Below are positions 1 through 10,709 of a stretch of DNA of 61,900 bases, one piece after another. Position 1 is the stretch's first letter; each line of letters starts with the position of its first letter. The DNA comes from a virus (taxonomy: Duplodnaviria; Caudoviricetes). The stretch spans positions 1-61,900 of IMG/VR virus record IMGVR_UViG_3300032227_001666. One strand, written 5' to 3'. The translations under genes were made by a program, and so were the position numbers. The notes below the pieces were generated by a model. That model saw only the letters and a program-made list of their open reading frames with translations, had not been told where the DNA came from and made no database searches.

Positions 1-2
1 AC

Positions 3-122
3 ACCAATGTAAACACAGAAGATAATTCTAAGAAAGACTTGCTAGTAACCCTAAGCATAGTAGCCGGTCTTACTATACTAGGCTTGGCTGGAACTGTTGT
101 TTATCTATTACTAAATAAGTAG
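3..122 (+). CDS. 3' end of a gene truncated by the window edge; C-terminal transmembrane segment
   Basis: Open frame ...SKKDLLVTLSIVAGLTILGLAGTVVYLLLNK* ending at TAG 120-122, followed by a terminator. Confidence 0.6.
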   Translation, partial: TNVNTEDNSKKDLLVTLSIVAGLTILGLAGTVVYLLLNK

Positions 123-138
123 AGTTGATTTTAAGAAC

Positions 139-170
139 AAAAAAGGCGGGGTCTTGCCCCGCCTTTTTTT
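139..170. terminator. Bidirectional intrinsic terminator
   Basis: A-run, GGCGGGG-TCTTG-CCCCGCC stem-loop, T-run; lies between convergent genes. Confidence 0.85.
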
Positions 171-175
171 ATATT

Positions 176-562
176 TTATAAATCGACCCATTCTTTTAGA
201 ATTTTTTGTGACAAAAAATCTGGTAATTTTGCCACATTGTGAATTTGTTTTAAATAAACTAATATTTCTTTTAATGAAAGCTCACATTTCTTATTACAAA
301 TCATTTTATGTGCGGTTTTGATATTACTATCTAAATCTAAAAAATCAGGCGTAAGAGCCAAATAAGTTATGCCAAAATCAAAACCAATCATATGAGCATT
401 TTGAAACGAATTTCCTTGTTCTTCAGATTTCCCACATATTTCACATATTGCAATCTTTTGTTTTCTAATATACCTAACAGGCTTCCTTCTACAGTATGTT
501 TCCCACTCTTCTTTGGTTAAAAAAACACGTCCATCAAAACCTTTGTTTCGTAAAACTTCCAT
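176..562 (-). CDS. Putative HNH-type endonuclease / Zn-binding protein
   Basis: CEICG...AHMIG...N...AHKMICN pattern; ATG at 562 after GAGGGG preferred to the TTG start at 577. Confidence 0.5.
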   Translation of the reverse strand: MEVLRNKGFDGRVFLTKEEWETYCRRKPVRYIRKQKIAICEICGKSEEQGNSFQNAHMIGFDFGITYLALTPDFLDLDSNIKTAHKMICNKKCELSLKEILVYLKQIHNVAKLPDFLSQKILKEWVDL

Positions 563-594
563 GCGGCTGCCCCTCAAAAAAAATAATTTTTATT

Positions 595-622
595 ATTATA
601 CTAAAAAAAATTATATTTTCAA
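595..622 (-). promoter_or_regulatory. Sigma70-like promoter for the HNH-like gene
   Basis: TTGAAA-16 nt-TATAAT on the minus strand; AT-rich context lowers specificity. Confidence 0.4.
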
Positions 623-654
623 TACAACTTTTTTTGATATACTTTGATATATTT

Positions 655-1536
655 TTAATCAAGGGTTGGACCTAGTACATCACCATATCGTGTTATTAGT
701 CTTTCTTCCCAGTCTTTCTTCTCTTGCATTCCTTCTTGTAATAATGTATCTCCATCTAATTGTATTCCACCGTTTGGACCAGGAGGGTTTTTAATCTTGC
801 TTCTAATTCTTCCTAACATAATTTTAGCAAAAGCAAGAGAACCTTCTTGCATAACTTGTTGTACTCTTCCCCAATCATTGTTCTTTTGAAGATAGTGTAC
901 AACTACTCTATGAACTCTATAGGGTATAGGATATATTTTAATATTTTGGTATCCACCATAAAATTCCCATCCTCCTAAGTTACTTGCAACTCTAGAATAC
1001 ATTTGTTCATATCCTTTATACAAACTCCATTCTCCCATTCTTCCCCATATTGGTTGTACAGGATCAAGCATGCCACCGGAGATGTTGGAATATGCCCCAC
1101 CCGGGTAGAAGTATTCCAATGGTATTGCACCTCCTAGATCACTAGAACTAAATGAGAAGGTGCCGGTCTCTTTGTAATAAACATTTCTAATATATCCAAT
1201 ATCTGGTGGCATAGTGTATATCGATTGTCCTGGAATTGTATTAAAAACATAGTATTGGAAGTATTCTCTTGGAGCCCATTCTTCTAATATTTGTAGTGTT
1301 ACATCGATGGCTGCATCTAGTTGTTGTTCATCTAATTCAACTGTGACTACAGGAGCGCCCAGCATGAGTAGGACAAAATCTTTAAGTTGGTTTTTTATTT
1401 TTGTTCTATTTGGTCTTGCGCTGAGTTTTGCGACATCTAGGGGGTCTGAAACTCCCAGATTTGAGCCATTTGAATTGCATGAAGCATTTCCGGAAGGTTT
1501 TTGCAAATAAATACAATTTGAAGATGGGTTACTCAT
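655..1536 (-). CDS. Neck / head-tail adaptor protein (T4 gp13-like)
   Basis: LKDFVLLMLGAPVVTVELDEQQLD near the N-terminus and GRIRSK...PGPNGGIQLDGD at the C-terminus, typical of gp13-like neck proteins. Confidence 0.8.
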   Translation of the reverse strand: MSNPSSNCIYLQKPSGNASCNSNGSNLGVSDPLDVAKLSARPNRTKIKNQLKDFVLLMLGAPVVTVELDEQQLDAAIDVTLQILEEWAPREYFQYYVFNTIPGQSIYTMPPDIGYIRNVYYKETGTFSFSSSDLGGAIPLEYFYPGGAYSNISGGMLDPVQPIWGRMGEWSLYKGYEQMYSRVASNLGGWEFYGGYQNIKIYPIPYRVHRVVVHYLQKNNDWGRVQQVMQEGSLAFAKIMLGRIRSKIKNPPGPNGGIQLDGDTLLQEGMQEKKDWEERLITRYGDVLGPTLD

Positions 1537-1537
1537 G

Positions 1538-1551
1538 ATACATATATGTAT
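1538..1551. promoter_or_regulatory. 14-bp palindrome ATACATATATGTAT; putative bidirectional late promoter (TACATA on each strand)
   Basis: Perfect palindrome between divergent genes; same CATG+palindrome layout as 40394-40407. Confidence 0.55.
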
Positions 1552-1577
1552 AGAAATATTTTTTATTTTGGTGGTGA

Positions 1578-4520
1578 ATGATGTCAGAGCAAAACAAGTT
1601 ATTTGAAATCTATTGTGCTTACAGTAAGGACAAGAAGAACAATTTGTTTGAGAATCCCGAATATTACATGGAGCTTCTTGGTGAAGCGGCTATGAATTCG
1701 ATTTACAAAGGTACTGTATTTTTAGCGGATGATGACAAGAAGTTTTTAGCTCAATTTGAACCGCAGCATTGGAAGAAGGCTTTGTTTTTGAGATATGACA
1801 ATTATTTGTATGAGCATTTATCAAATTTACAAGAGGCTAGGGAAGAAAAGTACAAACAATATTTTGAGCAATATTTTAGAAAAGAATATGAAAATTTAAA
1901 ATCTGATCCTTTGTATAGCAAGATGAGTGATGACAATGCTATCAAAATGGCTAAAGAGAATGCAAAGCATATAGCAAAGACATTGGTTGATCATGAGGTA
2001 AACATACCTGCTCCTGACGATCCCAATAGTATTTTCGATATAAATGATACTGCTGCTAGGGGTGAAAGATATTTTGCCAATCCTTACATAAACGAATTGC
2101 TTAAAAAGCTTGAAGGAACTAAGGGTGTGCATGATGGTTTTGATTTGCATAATCCTAGGATTGTTGAGCGTCCTATGAAGAAGAACAGGCAGATTACTAC
2201 AAGAGACAAGGATACTGGTGAGAAGAAGACGATGAAGGTTGGAGTTGATAGTACAAAAAATGTAAAGTATACAGACGGGTTTGTTTTTCCTTCCAAAGAC
2301 CTTATTGATGGAATGATAGACAAGTATATAAAAGCTTTGGGTCATGGTTTTATAAAATATGAAGATTCGGATTTAAAGTATGTGGACAACAATCCTAACA
2401 TTCCAGAATCTGATAGGAAGGAGTTGGAATCTTTTTGGAAGTCTTCTGGTTTAAAGGACAATATGACGAGGGATGTTTTAAATACTTTTCTATTTAAAAA
2501 GGCGCAAAGATTTTTAAAGAAGGATTGGGAAAGCAATAATCCTGATTTGCCTTATAAGGAAGGCATTCCTCCATTAGATGTAAAAAATGCAGAAAAGCTT
2601 AGGCTGGATTCTTTGGAGCTTGCTAAGCAATGGGCGCAGGAAGTTATAGATGCCAAAAAAGTGAAGAGTCCTAAGCATCCTGTGCATGGTAGTAGGGATT
2701 TGATTCATCATGCAGATCATTTAAACGATTTGTTTTTACTTCATAGAACGAGTCATGTGAAAAGAATACCTTATACAATGAATAAGAGGGGTGATGTTAA
2801 TTTATTAACTGACAAGCCTAGAGTTGAAGAGATTAAGATACCTATTTTGCCAAAGGGTCATTATGTAAAAATGTTAGAGCCTTATGAGCTTGAAATTATT
2901 GACAAGGTTGAGCAAAAGATGAAAGATGATCCGAATGCTAAGATTGAAGAAATATTAGAGCCTGGGGAGTTAGCGGTATATCAAAATGTTTTTAGAGGAA
3001 ATCATAAAGAGTTGTTGCGTGGAAATCATTTTGATTATGGTAGAAAGGATCATCCTGAAGAGGAGGGTGGTCGTTACAGACCAATTCACATAAAGTCTGA
3101 TCATTTACTAGGAGCGGAGGGTGCTCAGGGAACAAGCCATACTGCGTATGGTGGTATTTCGCCTTCTAGAGAAACTCCTGCAAAGAAGTTCCTTGGAAAA
3201 TATACTGTTGAAACGGATGTCGATGAAGCAGGAAATATAAAAGGATTAAAGGGGATTGACAATAAAGAGTATAAAAAGAAGGTCAATGCTATGTTTGTAA
3301 ACAATTCTTTAGGCAGAGATGTTAAAGAATTGATTAAAAGCAGTATATCAAAAAAACTTAGTCAAAAGAAAAAAGAAGGAACTTTTGATTTATCTTTAGA
3401 AAGAAGTTTGTTAAGAATGTTAATTGATGAATTAATAGAAATTGGATTCATGAATGTTATAAACAATTTAAGTATACCAAATATTGAGAGAGACCCTTCG
3501 ATAATTGAAAAGCTTATGAGCAAGATGGTAGAAAACATCGAGCAGCAAAATGTAGGAAGAGGAACTCGTAGAAAGAGGGGAAGTTTTGGAATATTTTCAC
3601 AATCAATATCTGACATAGAAAATTTGCATAAGTTTGCAGATCAGCTTGAGTGTCAAACTAATCGTCAGAAGAGAGGGTTGAGAACGGGTAATTGCACCTT
3701 CCCTTATAGACTTGACAATGTTTTAAAAAGTGCTGGCGAGACTGGTATTGATGCTACTATTATGTCTATTAGCAAAGAACTAAATATTAAAACAAAAAGC
3801 AAAGATGATTCAAAAGACTATGATACGGTAAGTGACAAAGAATCATATGTTGTTGAGTATATTAAAGTTTTTAGATATGCATTAGTTATTTTATCTTTGT
3901 TATATTTTCAGCAAATGATTAATGAAAAGCCGGATGTAACAGATGCGGAGCATGATGCTTTGGAAGATCAAGCTAAAGATGCGGCAGAAAATTTTATTAT
4001 GAAGAGCATGGAAGATGCTAATGGCAACATAAATGTTGCTGCTAATTTAGTTAAAAAAGAAGCCAACAGGGTTTATGCTTTGGTTCCTCATCCTGAAAAA
4101 CCTGCAGATGTGGTCGAGCCAGAATCAAATGCTGTTGCTACTGCTCCTGCTACTGCTCCTGCTACTGCTGGTGATGTTGCTGATTTATTTAATCAAATTC
4201 TTCATGAGTTACATGAGAAGCCTTTGAAGCATGAGGAGATTTTGAGAAAGTATCAAGATAAATTAAATCCAGTTAGTTTGAATAATTTAAAAAAGAAAAT
4301 TGCTTATGATATTGGAATACAGAAGCGTATTGCGAGTCAAATTTTGATGATACCTCAAATGAATCCTATTTATTTTACAGACGAAGAGTTGAAAGAAACA
4401 AAAAAATTCATATTGGATGATAAGAATAAAAACTATTTCTTAAAATACAAAGACAAGTATGCAAAAGTGATAGAAAGAATTGATGTGGAGTTACAAAGAA
4501 GGGCTGTTTCTGGATACTAG
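1578..4520 (+). CDS. Large hypothetical protein (980 aa), probably virion-associated
   Basis: Long ORF with GGTGG RBS within the head/neck module; no recognised domain. Confidence 0.75.
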   Translation: MMSEQNKLFEIYCAYSKDKKNNLFENPEYYMELLGEAAMNSIYKGTVFLADDDKKFLAQFEPQHWKKALFLRYDNYLYEHLSNLQEAREEKYKQYFEQYFRKEYENLKSDPLYSKMSDDNAIKMAKENAKHIAKTLVDHEVNIPAPDDPNSIFDINDTAARGERYFANPYINELLKKLEGTKGVHDGFDLHNPRIVERPMKKNRQITTRDKDTGEKKTMKVGVDSTKNVKYTDGFVFPSKDLIDGMIDKYIKALGHGFIKYEDSDLKYVDNNPNIPESDRKELESFWKSSGLKDNMTRDVLNTFLFKKAQRFLKKDWESNNPDLPYKEGIPPLDVKNAEKLRLDSLELAKQWAQEVIDAKKVKSPKHPVHGSRDLIHHADHLNDLFLLHRTSHVKRIPYTMNKRGDVNLLTDKPRVEEIKIPILPKGHYVKMLEPYELEIIDKVEQKMKDDPNAKIEEILEPGELAVYQNVFRGNHKELLRGNHFDYGRKDHPEEEGGRYRPIHIKSDHLLGAEGAQGTSHTAYGGISPSRETPAKKFLGKYTVETDVDEAGNIKGLKGIDNKEYKKKVNAMFVNNSLGRDVKELIKSSISKKLSQKKKEGTFDLSLERSLLRMLIDELIEIGFMNVINNLSIPNIERDPSIIEKLMSKMVENIEQQNVGRGTRRKRGSFGIFSQSISDIENLHKFADQLECQTNRQKRGLRTGNCTFPYRLDNVLKSAGETGIDATIMSISKELNIKTKSKDDSKDYDTVSDKESYVVEYIKVFRYALVILSLLYFQQMINEKPDVTDAEHDALEDQAKDAAENFIMKSMEDANGNINVAANLVKKEANRVYALVPHPEKPADVVEPESNAVATAPATAPATAGDVADLFNQILHELHEKPLKHEEILRKYQDKLNPVSLNNLKKKIAYDIGIQKRIASQILMIPQMNPIYFTDEELKETKKFILDDKNKNYFLKYKDKYAKVIERIDVELQRRAVSGY
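4138..4170 (+). repeat. 12-nt tandem repeat encoding an ATAP linker
   Basis: GCTACTGCTCCT repeated about 2.75 times. Confidence 0.7.
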
Positions 4521-5173
4521 AAGCTTGGGTGATTCATGCTGGGAGAGCATTTGATAAAGAATCCTTCTGGTGCTTCTTTGACTGATACTGCTTGCCACCA
4601 TCGTTTCTTTTCGTTTTTTGGATAGAATATTGAGTATTTTTGTATTTTATCTAAATGAGTCCAGAAAATATATTCCATATCATTTTCTGCAACGACTACT
4701 GATTCGAATGTAAATTTTGTCCCATAGGTATATTTAACTGTTTTTTCTCCATATAGTTTGTCATAGTGTTCTTGAACATTAGCAGGAAGGCAGCAGAGTA
4801 TAGTTTTTTTATAACTTCTTAGTTTTTCGGATATTTGTTTAGGTCTTTCAACTTCTTCATCATCTTTTTGTAATTGTGGAACTGGGGTTGTGTTTTGAAC
4901 TATTTCTTCTTCCTTTTTCTCTTCTTCAAAATCAGGAATTTCTTCAATTTTGGGTATTTTGAGTTTTTCTTTAGGAGAGGAATCTTGAACGGTTACTGTC
5001 GAGCCCAAGCTTACTTTGCTTGATTTCTTTTTATTTCCAACCATATCTTTTGAATGTTCTTCTGTGAAATTCATATTATGAATTTCGAAATCTTTCCATA
5101 AATCTTGGTTTAGCATGACTGGATTTGGACCACGAAGAGCATAAATAGTTCCATCTTTATTTTTTATTACCAT
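4517..5173 (-). CDS. Hypothetical protein (218 aa)
   Basis: ORF with a charged linker; TATATA-like motif just upstream. Confidence 0.7.
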   Translation of the reverse strand: MVIKNKDGTIYALRGPNPVMLNQDLWKDFEIHNMNFTEEHSKDMVGNKKKSSKVSLGSTVTVQDSSPKEKLKIPKIEEIPDFEEEKKEEEIVQNTTPVPQLQKDDEEVERPKQISEKLRSYKKTILCCLPANVQEHYDKLYGEKTVKYTYGTKFTFESVVVAENDMEYIFWTHLDKIQKYSIFYPKNEKKRWWQAVSVKEAPEGFFIKCSPSMNHPSF

Positions 5174-5215
5174 CTTGATTATATATTAGTATAAGAATAT
5201 GTATTTGGAGGCTTT

Positions 5216-5611
5216 ATGGCTTTTGTAGTGCCTGTAGTTGGTGAGATTGAATTTCTTAAAAGAATTGTTGGTTTGTCAACAAGTGGGAATATTCAATTAT
5301 GTTTATATGTAAATGATTATGTTCCGGACGAAGGAACAACAATAGTTAATTTAACAGAATGTACTGCTACTGGTTATGCCAGAATAACGTTAACTACAAC
5401 ATCTTGGACAACTTCTCAAGTTAGTGGTCAGTCAACAGCATCTTATGCAGAGCAGACATTTACAATCACTGATTCTGCAACTGTTTACGGATATTACTTA
5501 TTGGATGCTTCGAATAATTTATTATTAGTCGAAAGATTTGGAACATCTGCATTTGTATTGCCTGCTGGAGGCGGTCAGATTGCAATCACACCTACAATAA
5601 GTCTTGAATAA
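5216..5611 (+). CDS. Small beta-rich virion structural protein (putative)
   Basis: GGAGG RBS; Thr-rich with GYARITL and VYGYY motifs like those of tail-associated phage proteins. Confidence 0.6.
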   Translation: MAFVVPVVGEIEFLKRIVGLSTSGNIQLCLYVNDYVPDEGTTIVNLTECTATGYARITLTTTSWTTSQVSGQSTASYAEQTFTITDSATVYGYYLLDASNNLLLVERFGTSAFVLPAGGGQIAITPTISLE

Positions 5612-5624
5612 TATTTGGAGAAAC

Positions 5625-8102
5625 ATGGAAAACACAACATTTAAAAATTGGATGGGATTAAAAGGATCTTTTAATTTTTCTATTAGCGAAGCATCAGAAG
5701 AAGAAAAAACGAGTGCAGCTTTTGATAAAGTTAAAGAAATATTAACAGAAAAAATGAAAGATGTTGCAAAAGCTCTTTTAGATTACAAGCCTGGTTCTGA
5801 ATTTTTGTCGGAAAAACAAGAAGATTTTTTAAATAAAGTGTTTCAAGATCCCTGGAGTGCTCCTGGCATTTATCGTTTTTACATACCAGGAAAAAAAATA
5901 TTTGATTCAAAAACACTTTTGACTGCTATGGGTCAATGTATTAGCTTAGATTTAATATCTAAAAAAAGAAAAGAGGATGAATTTGGCAGAAGAAAAAGTA
6001 CAGAAAAAATTGAAAGACAAAAATTAGCTGATTTACAAGTTGAAGGAGTTTCTGCACAGGCATTGATTGCTTTTCTAAACAGCCAAAATTTTGAAACTTT
6101 AGCTGATTATTTAGAACAATTAATTGAAAAAATGAAAAATAGAAAAGGATTTGCAAAAAGTGCTGGAAACGATAGGTATTTTAAAAATATTGAGGGAAAA
6201 ATAAATTCTGACATACAGGCAAATCCATATAGTCCAGCTATTGCTCAACAAAATCCTTCTTCTGCTCCTGATGAAAACGAATCTGATGAAGATGAATTTG
6301 AATATAATTTTGAAGAAGAAGATGATTTAAAAGAGTCTACATATGAGGAAGATGCTGGTATAATTGCTAAAGCAAAAAGAAGAGTAGATCAATATGCCAC
6401 TGGTATAGAATTTCTTGTATTTTTGTTCAACTACATGGCTAGATGCCCTACAATAATAGCAAACCAAACTATAAAAAAAGATTTGAAGGGTTCTGGATCT
6501 AGTTCCAACGCTTCAGATCAAGAAAAATACGCTGCTGGAGACACATTTTCTAAAGAAAAACAAATAGAACGATTGGCTTTGGGAAGAGCAATTAAAGATT
6601 TAAGTGATGAGCAAGTAAGATTGCTTGACGCTTATGATAAAAAACCTTCTGATATGTCGGATGAAGATTGGGTTTCTCAAAATCCGCCAGCAACTTTAGA
6701 AAAATTAACCGCTGCAAAGAAATTAAGAAAAGAAATATTGAATAGGAGGGAAAGATTAAAAGCATCTTCTGAAGCCATTCAATTGGGTTCAGAATACATG
6801 AAAAAAAATAATATTGGAAAGACGCTTATAGATTATGTCTGGTATTGTATATCGTATGCAAATCATACTTTAGAAGAGACTTTAAAAAGTGTAAATTTTT
6901 TCGATGTAAAAGAAAAAAGCAGCATGAGTAAAGTCCATTTGCTTGCATGGTCTGATCTTTATAGAACTTACACTTCTTTTAAAAAGGAAATTACTAAAAA
7001 TCCAGATTATTTTGCAAGAAAATTAGCAGAAATTGGAGATGGAATAAGAGGTGGCGGAAGAGGAGTTTCAGAAAAACTACTAAGAATAAATAGAGAATAT
7101 GTTCCTCCGCTTTATGATGGTGGAGATGAAGTGTCTCAAAAATTACTCGAAGCTATTGCTGGCTATATGTATAAAACAGTTTATTTAACAGATAAAACGG
7201 CTGCATACAATATGCTTCCATCTGATATGCAAGCCAAAGTTCCGCCAGATCAAATTCAAGATGAATCCAAAAGCTCTAGAGTTGGCGAAAGCATATGGTT
7301 TAAAGATTTTATTAATTTTAACGAGATGGCTAGAAAAGCAAAGGGCAAGCCAGAAGACCTAGAATTACATGGAATTAGGGGCAATAGTGATTCAGAAAAA
7401 ATTGATTGGATAATAAAACAATACAGAGATCCAAACTATTATGGAAAAACTTTAAATTCAAATATAAGAACAATGATAAGTGGTTCAATAAAAAACTTAA
7501 TTCTAAGTTCTTATAATAGTTGGTCAAATAATTCACAACCAAGATGCGAAAATCCTCTTAAAGGAACAACTATTGATTCTGGATCTATTGAACCAAAAAC
7601 CCCGGTTCCAGAAGAAAAAACGATTTATTTTCATCCTACACCTAGAGTGCAAGCACAAGCACAAGCACAAGCACAGGACCAAGAAAAAGCATACAGAACA
7701 TTTGATGATATTGACAATGAAGAAGATGATAACACTCAACAAACTTCTTCCGCCGACCCAAGTTTCGATCCTTCAAAAGCAACTTTTGCACCTAAACCCA
7801 CTGTTTCAATGGATCAAACTCCTCAAAGTGAAGCAGAAAGAATATTTAATAATCTAAAATCTAATATGCCATCAAATATTTCGATTCTTCTTCCAAAGCC
7901 AAACGGAAAGCAAAGTAAATATGTTTTCGATAATATCGAAGATCTTTCATACGAAGTTCCTCCAGATTTTGATTATGAAGAATGGAAAGATCTTCTTCAG
8001 AAAAAGATAAATACATTACCAGCAGTAGCGGCTAAATTGGGAACTACTACAAAAACTGAAAGTTTTAGAAGGTTCTTTAATTCCTTAATAAGGAAAAATT
8101 AA
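5625..8102 (+). CDS. Large hypothetical protein, candidate internal head protein
   Basis: ATG 5625 after GGAG; begins MENTTFKNW and ends ESFRRFF; contains acidic tracts and a QAQAQAQAQ repeat. Confidence 0.75.
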   Translation: MENTTFKNWMGLKGSFNFSISEASEEEKTSAAFDKVKEILTEKMKDVAKALLDYKPGSEFLSEKQEDFLNKVFQDPWSAPGIYRFYIPGKKIFDSKTLLTAMGQCISLDLISKKRKEDEFGRRKSTEKIERQKLADLQVEGVSAQALIAFLNSQNFETLADYLEQLIEKMKNRKGFAKSAGNDRYFKNIEGKINSDIQANPYSPAIAQQNPSSAPDENESDEDEFEYNFEEEDDLKESTYEEDAGIIAKAKRRVDQYATGIEFLVFLFNYMARCPTIIANQTIKKDLKGSGSSSNASDQEKYAAGDTFSKEKQIERLALGRAIKDLSDEQVRLLDAYDKKPSDMSDEDWVSQNPPATLEKLTAAKKLRKEILNRRERLKASSEAIQLGSEYMKKNNIGKTLIDYVWYCISYANHTLEETLKSVNFFDVKEKSSMSKVHLLAWSDLYRTYTSFKKEITKNPDYFARKLAEIGDGIRGGGRGVSEKLLRINREYVPPLYDGGDEVSQKLLEAIAGYMYKTVYLTDKTAAYNMLPSDMQAKVPPDQIQDESKSSRVGESIWFKDFINFNEMARKAKGKPEDLELHGIRGNSDSEKIDWIIKQYRDPNYYGKTLNSNIRTMISGSIKNLILSSYNSWSNNSQPRCENPLKGTTIDSGSIEPKTPVPEEKTIYFHPTPRVQAQAQAQAQDQEKAYRTFDDIDNEEDDNTQQTSSADPSFDPSKATFAPKPTVSMDQTPQSEAERIFNNLKSNMPSNISILLPKPNGKQSKYVFDNIEDLSYEVPPDFDYEEWKDLLQKKINTLPAVAAKLGTTTKTESFRRFFNSLIRKN

Positions 8103-8635
8103 TGATCTATAAAAACAATGGTCTTCCTTACAATTCGACTGGAAGTCTAAAACAATTTGATGACAATCTTCCAGAACATGATTTATTTAATCAGTGGGAT
8201 GAGGAAGCTATTAAACAAGGTGGCAGTCCTGTATTTTATTATGAATTATTCATAGACACTAACAGAATAGATCCATTATATTTGGAAACAAGAACAAAAT
8301 TATTTAGTCCTACCCCTGTAGAGTTATATGGAATATACGAACCAATTCCTAGTCAAAATATGCAAACTGCATTTGGAATTGATTCGCCAGATGAAATGAT
8401 AATTGAATTTAATTATCGTTCTGTTTTAAACAAGCTTGGTCATCCTCCAAAAATTGGTTCAAGATTATTTACACCATTTTTGAAAGAGAACTGGGTAATT
8501 ATAGAAAGAAAGACTGGGGAATTTAAAATGTATGGTGTTGTAAGACTTCAATGCATTTGCCAAAGATTCCAAGAAGATGATGTTAGTGGCACATCTGCAC
8601 AAAGCCAACAAAATGTAGACTTTAAAATAGTATAA
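8102..8635 (+). CDS. Neck / head closure protein (T4 gp14-like)
   Basis: EAIKQGGSPVFYY...DPLYLE...FGIDSPDEM...PKIG motifs; TAATG coupling to the upstream gene. Confidence 0.7.
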   Translation: MIYKNNGLPYNSTGSLKQFDDNLPEHDLFNQWDEEAIKQGGSPVFYYELFIDTNRIDPLYLETRTKLFSPTPVELYGIYEPIPSQNMQTAFGIDSPDEMIIEFNYRSVLNKLGHPPKIGSRLFTPFLKENWVIIERKTGEFKMYGVVRLQCICQRFQEDDVSGTSAQSQQNVDFKIV

Positions 8636-8645
8636 GGGTGAAACA

Positions 8646-10706
8646 ATGAAGAACTTTTATGAATTTTACAGAAAATTGAATGCTAATAAGCTTTTCGAAC
8701 AGGATGGAATGCCTTTGCCGCCTATGGCTGGACAGACTATGGGCGGAACTCCTCAGATGCCTGATTTGGCTAGTTTAGGATCGGCACCTAATGATATGGC
8801 TATGCCAGGAATGCCATCTCCCGGCGTTCCTGGAATGGAAGGAACACCTCAAGCTGGTGCTACCGAAATGGGTGAACCAGAGAATACAAGTCCTTCTGGA
8901 GAAGAGAATGTAGACCAACCCGAGGGAATGGATGATACAACTCCCGAAGGAAAGATTATGAAAGCTGTTACAGATATTGAATCAGCTTTAAGTGATATGG
9001 AAGGAAAAGGTTCTGGTCTTGGTGATAGGGCTGAAACAATTGCCGACTTAATAAAGATGATTAAAAAGAATGTAGAAAAAGGTTCTTCTGGTGATGAAGA
9101 AGGAGAGGAAGAAGAAAACCAAGGTCCACCTATTGGCGATCCTTCATTGATGATGGGAGGTGCTGGTGCAGGTCCTTTAGGCGGACAGCAAGATGCTGAT
9201 AACATGGATAATGCTGGACAGAGCAATATGCCAAATCAAGCATCACCACAAGCAGAATCTTATTATAATTATAATAAAGTTTTGAATGAATCAGGAGAAA
9301 ATCTTGAAGTAAGAGACACTAGCGCAATTAGAGCTTTGTGGGGTGGTTACACCAAAGAATTAAAAGACATGTTTAGATGCAAAACCCAACAAGAATATAA
9401 AAAAGGATTGTTTTGGGATGTTTTTTCTAATAAAGATGCTTCTGATATTCGTCTTGCCGTTACTAGAAACACAGATGACGATGGTGATGAAGTAGAAAAA
9501 AAATATCATGTTGCAATAACTCATTATCCAGATGAAGAAAAAGAGTGGTCAACTCATAGGTATCTATTCCCTGGTCAAAATCCAAAATCTCCAGTAAATC
9601 GTGGCAATGAACTTAAATTTAGAAAAGGCGATGGTCATTCTTACGAATTGCAACCAGCTACCATGCCTCATGTAATTGATTTGCAAACAAAAGATTTGCT
9701 TAAATCATATAAAGGAGACATATCTAAATTCAACCCCGATCCAAATTCATCAGAAGATAAAGCCGCTGCCGAAGTAGCTGCTTATAATTTTAAAATGTTA
9801 CAAAGAATGGAATTTTGCGGATGGTTGCCAAAAGATTATGTTACAGCTTCCGGAGAATTTGTAAAGCAAAAGGCTTCAAAGGTCATTGAATCTGGTGAAG
9901 ATGTTGGTGTTGAATATTATGTTGATAAATATACGGATTCAAAACTCAAAACTGTAAAAGAAAACAAAAGAAAAGCTAAACAAGCATTTATAAAATTTGT
10001 TCAGCAATTACTAAAGCAGTCTCCTGAAATAAAGCAGGCTGTTGAGGGTTTGATTGGAACAAGCCCAGCCGATCAAGCAGAGTCTTTCAAAACTTTGTTT
10101 ATTAGAAAAGCTGGAGAAGATAAGCCTAAATCAAAAACAATTGTTGATGTTGTCGATATGCTTGTTAAAGCAAGCCCCAAATTAAAGACAGGTGCTGTTC
10201 GTGAATTATTAGCAAATATGGCTTCAAAAAGAGATTATATTTTCAAGCCTTTCGAAGCTTCAAATGCGATATTGGTTTCAACAGGCGATTCCAGTTTTGC
10301 TCAATCTTATACAAATCCAGCATTTGAAGTTTCTTCTGCTGGAGAAATCGGTGTTATGGAAGAAATTGCTCCAGAAGAACCAAAAGTTTTGACTTCTATG
10401 AAGAAAAAACTTTCTAGCTTGGATACAGGTGCTTCTGCAAGCTCTGCTCAAAATTTAAATCGTGAATCAGTTGATATGATTCGCAAACTTTCAAGAGTTA
10501 ATGTAAATGACAGAAGCGTTCCTGGAGTATTGAGAGATTACTGGTCTATTAGAAATCAGATGGAATCAGTTGGTGGCGAACTTTACAATGTTCCAAAAAA
10601 TTCTAGAGTATATGAAAATACTTTGATAGATTTGGAAAAACAATTAAAGGTTGGTCGCTTTACTCCAACAAATCCTCTTGATTTAAATTTCTTATTAAAG
10701 GCATAA
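8646..10706 (+). CDS. Hypothetical protein, candidate internal head protein with Met/Pro/Gly-rich N-terminal region
   Basis: Starts MKNFYEF..KLFEQD; low-complexity acidic region; internal VLNES. Confidence 0.75.
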   Translation: MKNFYEFYRKLNANKLFEQDGMPLPPMAGQTMGGTPQMPDLASLGSAPNDMAMPGMPSPGVPGMEGTPQAGATEMGEPENTSPSGEENVDQPEGMDDTTPEGKIMKAVTDIESALSDMEGKGSGLGDRAETIADLIKMIKKNVEKGSSGDEEGEEEENQGPPIGDPSLMMGGAGAGPLGGQQDADNMDNAGQSNMPNQASPQAESYYNYNKVLNESGENLEVRDTSAIRALWGGYTKELKDMFRCKTQQEYKKGLFWDVFSNKDASDIRLAVTRNTDDDGDEVEKKYHVAITHYPDEEKEWSTHRYLFPGQNPKSPVNRGNELKFRKGDGHSYELQPATMPHVIDLQTKDLLKSYKGDISKFNPDPNSSEDKAAAEVAAYNFKMLQRMEFCGWLPKDYVTASGEFVKQKASKVIESGEDVGVEYYVDKYTDSKLKTVKENKRKAKQAFIKFVQQLLKQSPEIKQAVEGLIGTSPADQAESFKTLFIRKAGEDKPKSKTIVDVVDMLVKASPKLKTGAVRELLANMASKRDYIFKPFEASNAILVSTGDSSFAQSYTNPAFEVSSAGEIGVMEEIAPEEPKVLTSMKKKLSSLDTGASASSAQNLNRESVDMIRKLSRVNVNDRSVPGVLRDYWSIRNQMESVGGELYNVPKNSRVYENTLIDLEKQLKVGRFTPTNPLDLNFLLKA

Positions 10707-10709
10707 GGA

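Noticed and set aside
7650-7677. CAAGCA tandem repeat as a phase-variation or contingency locus
   Set aside because: The 6-nt unit preserves the frame and encodes a QA linker; the ATAP and GGAPA repeats are likewise in-frame.
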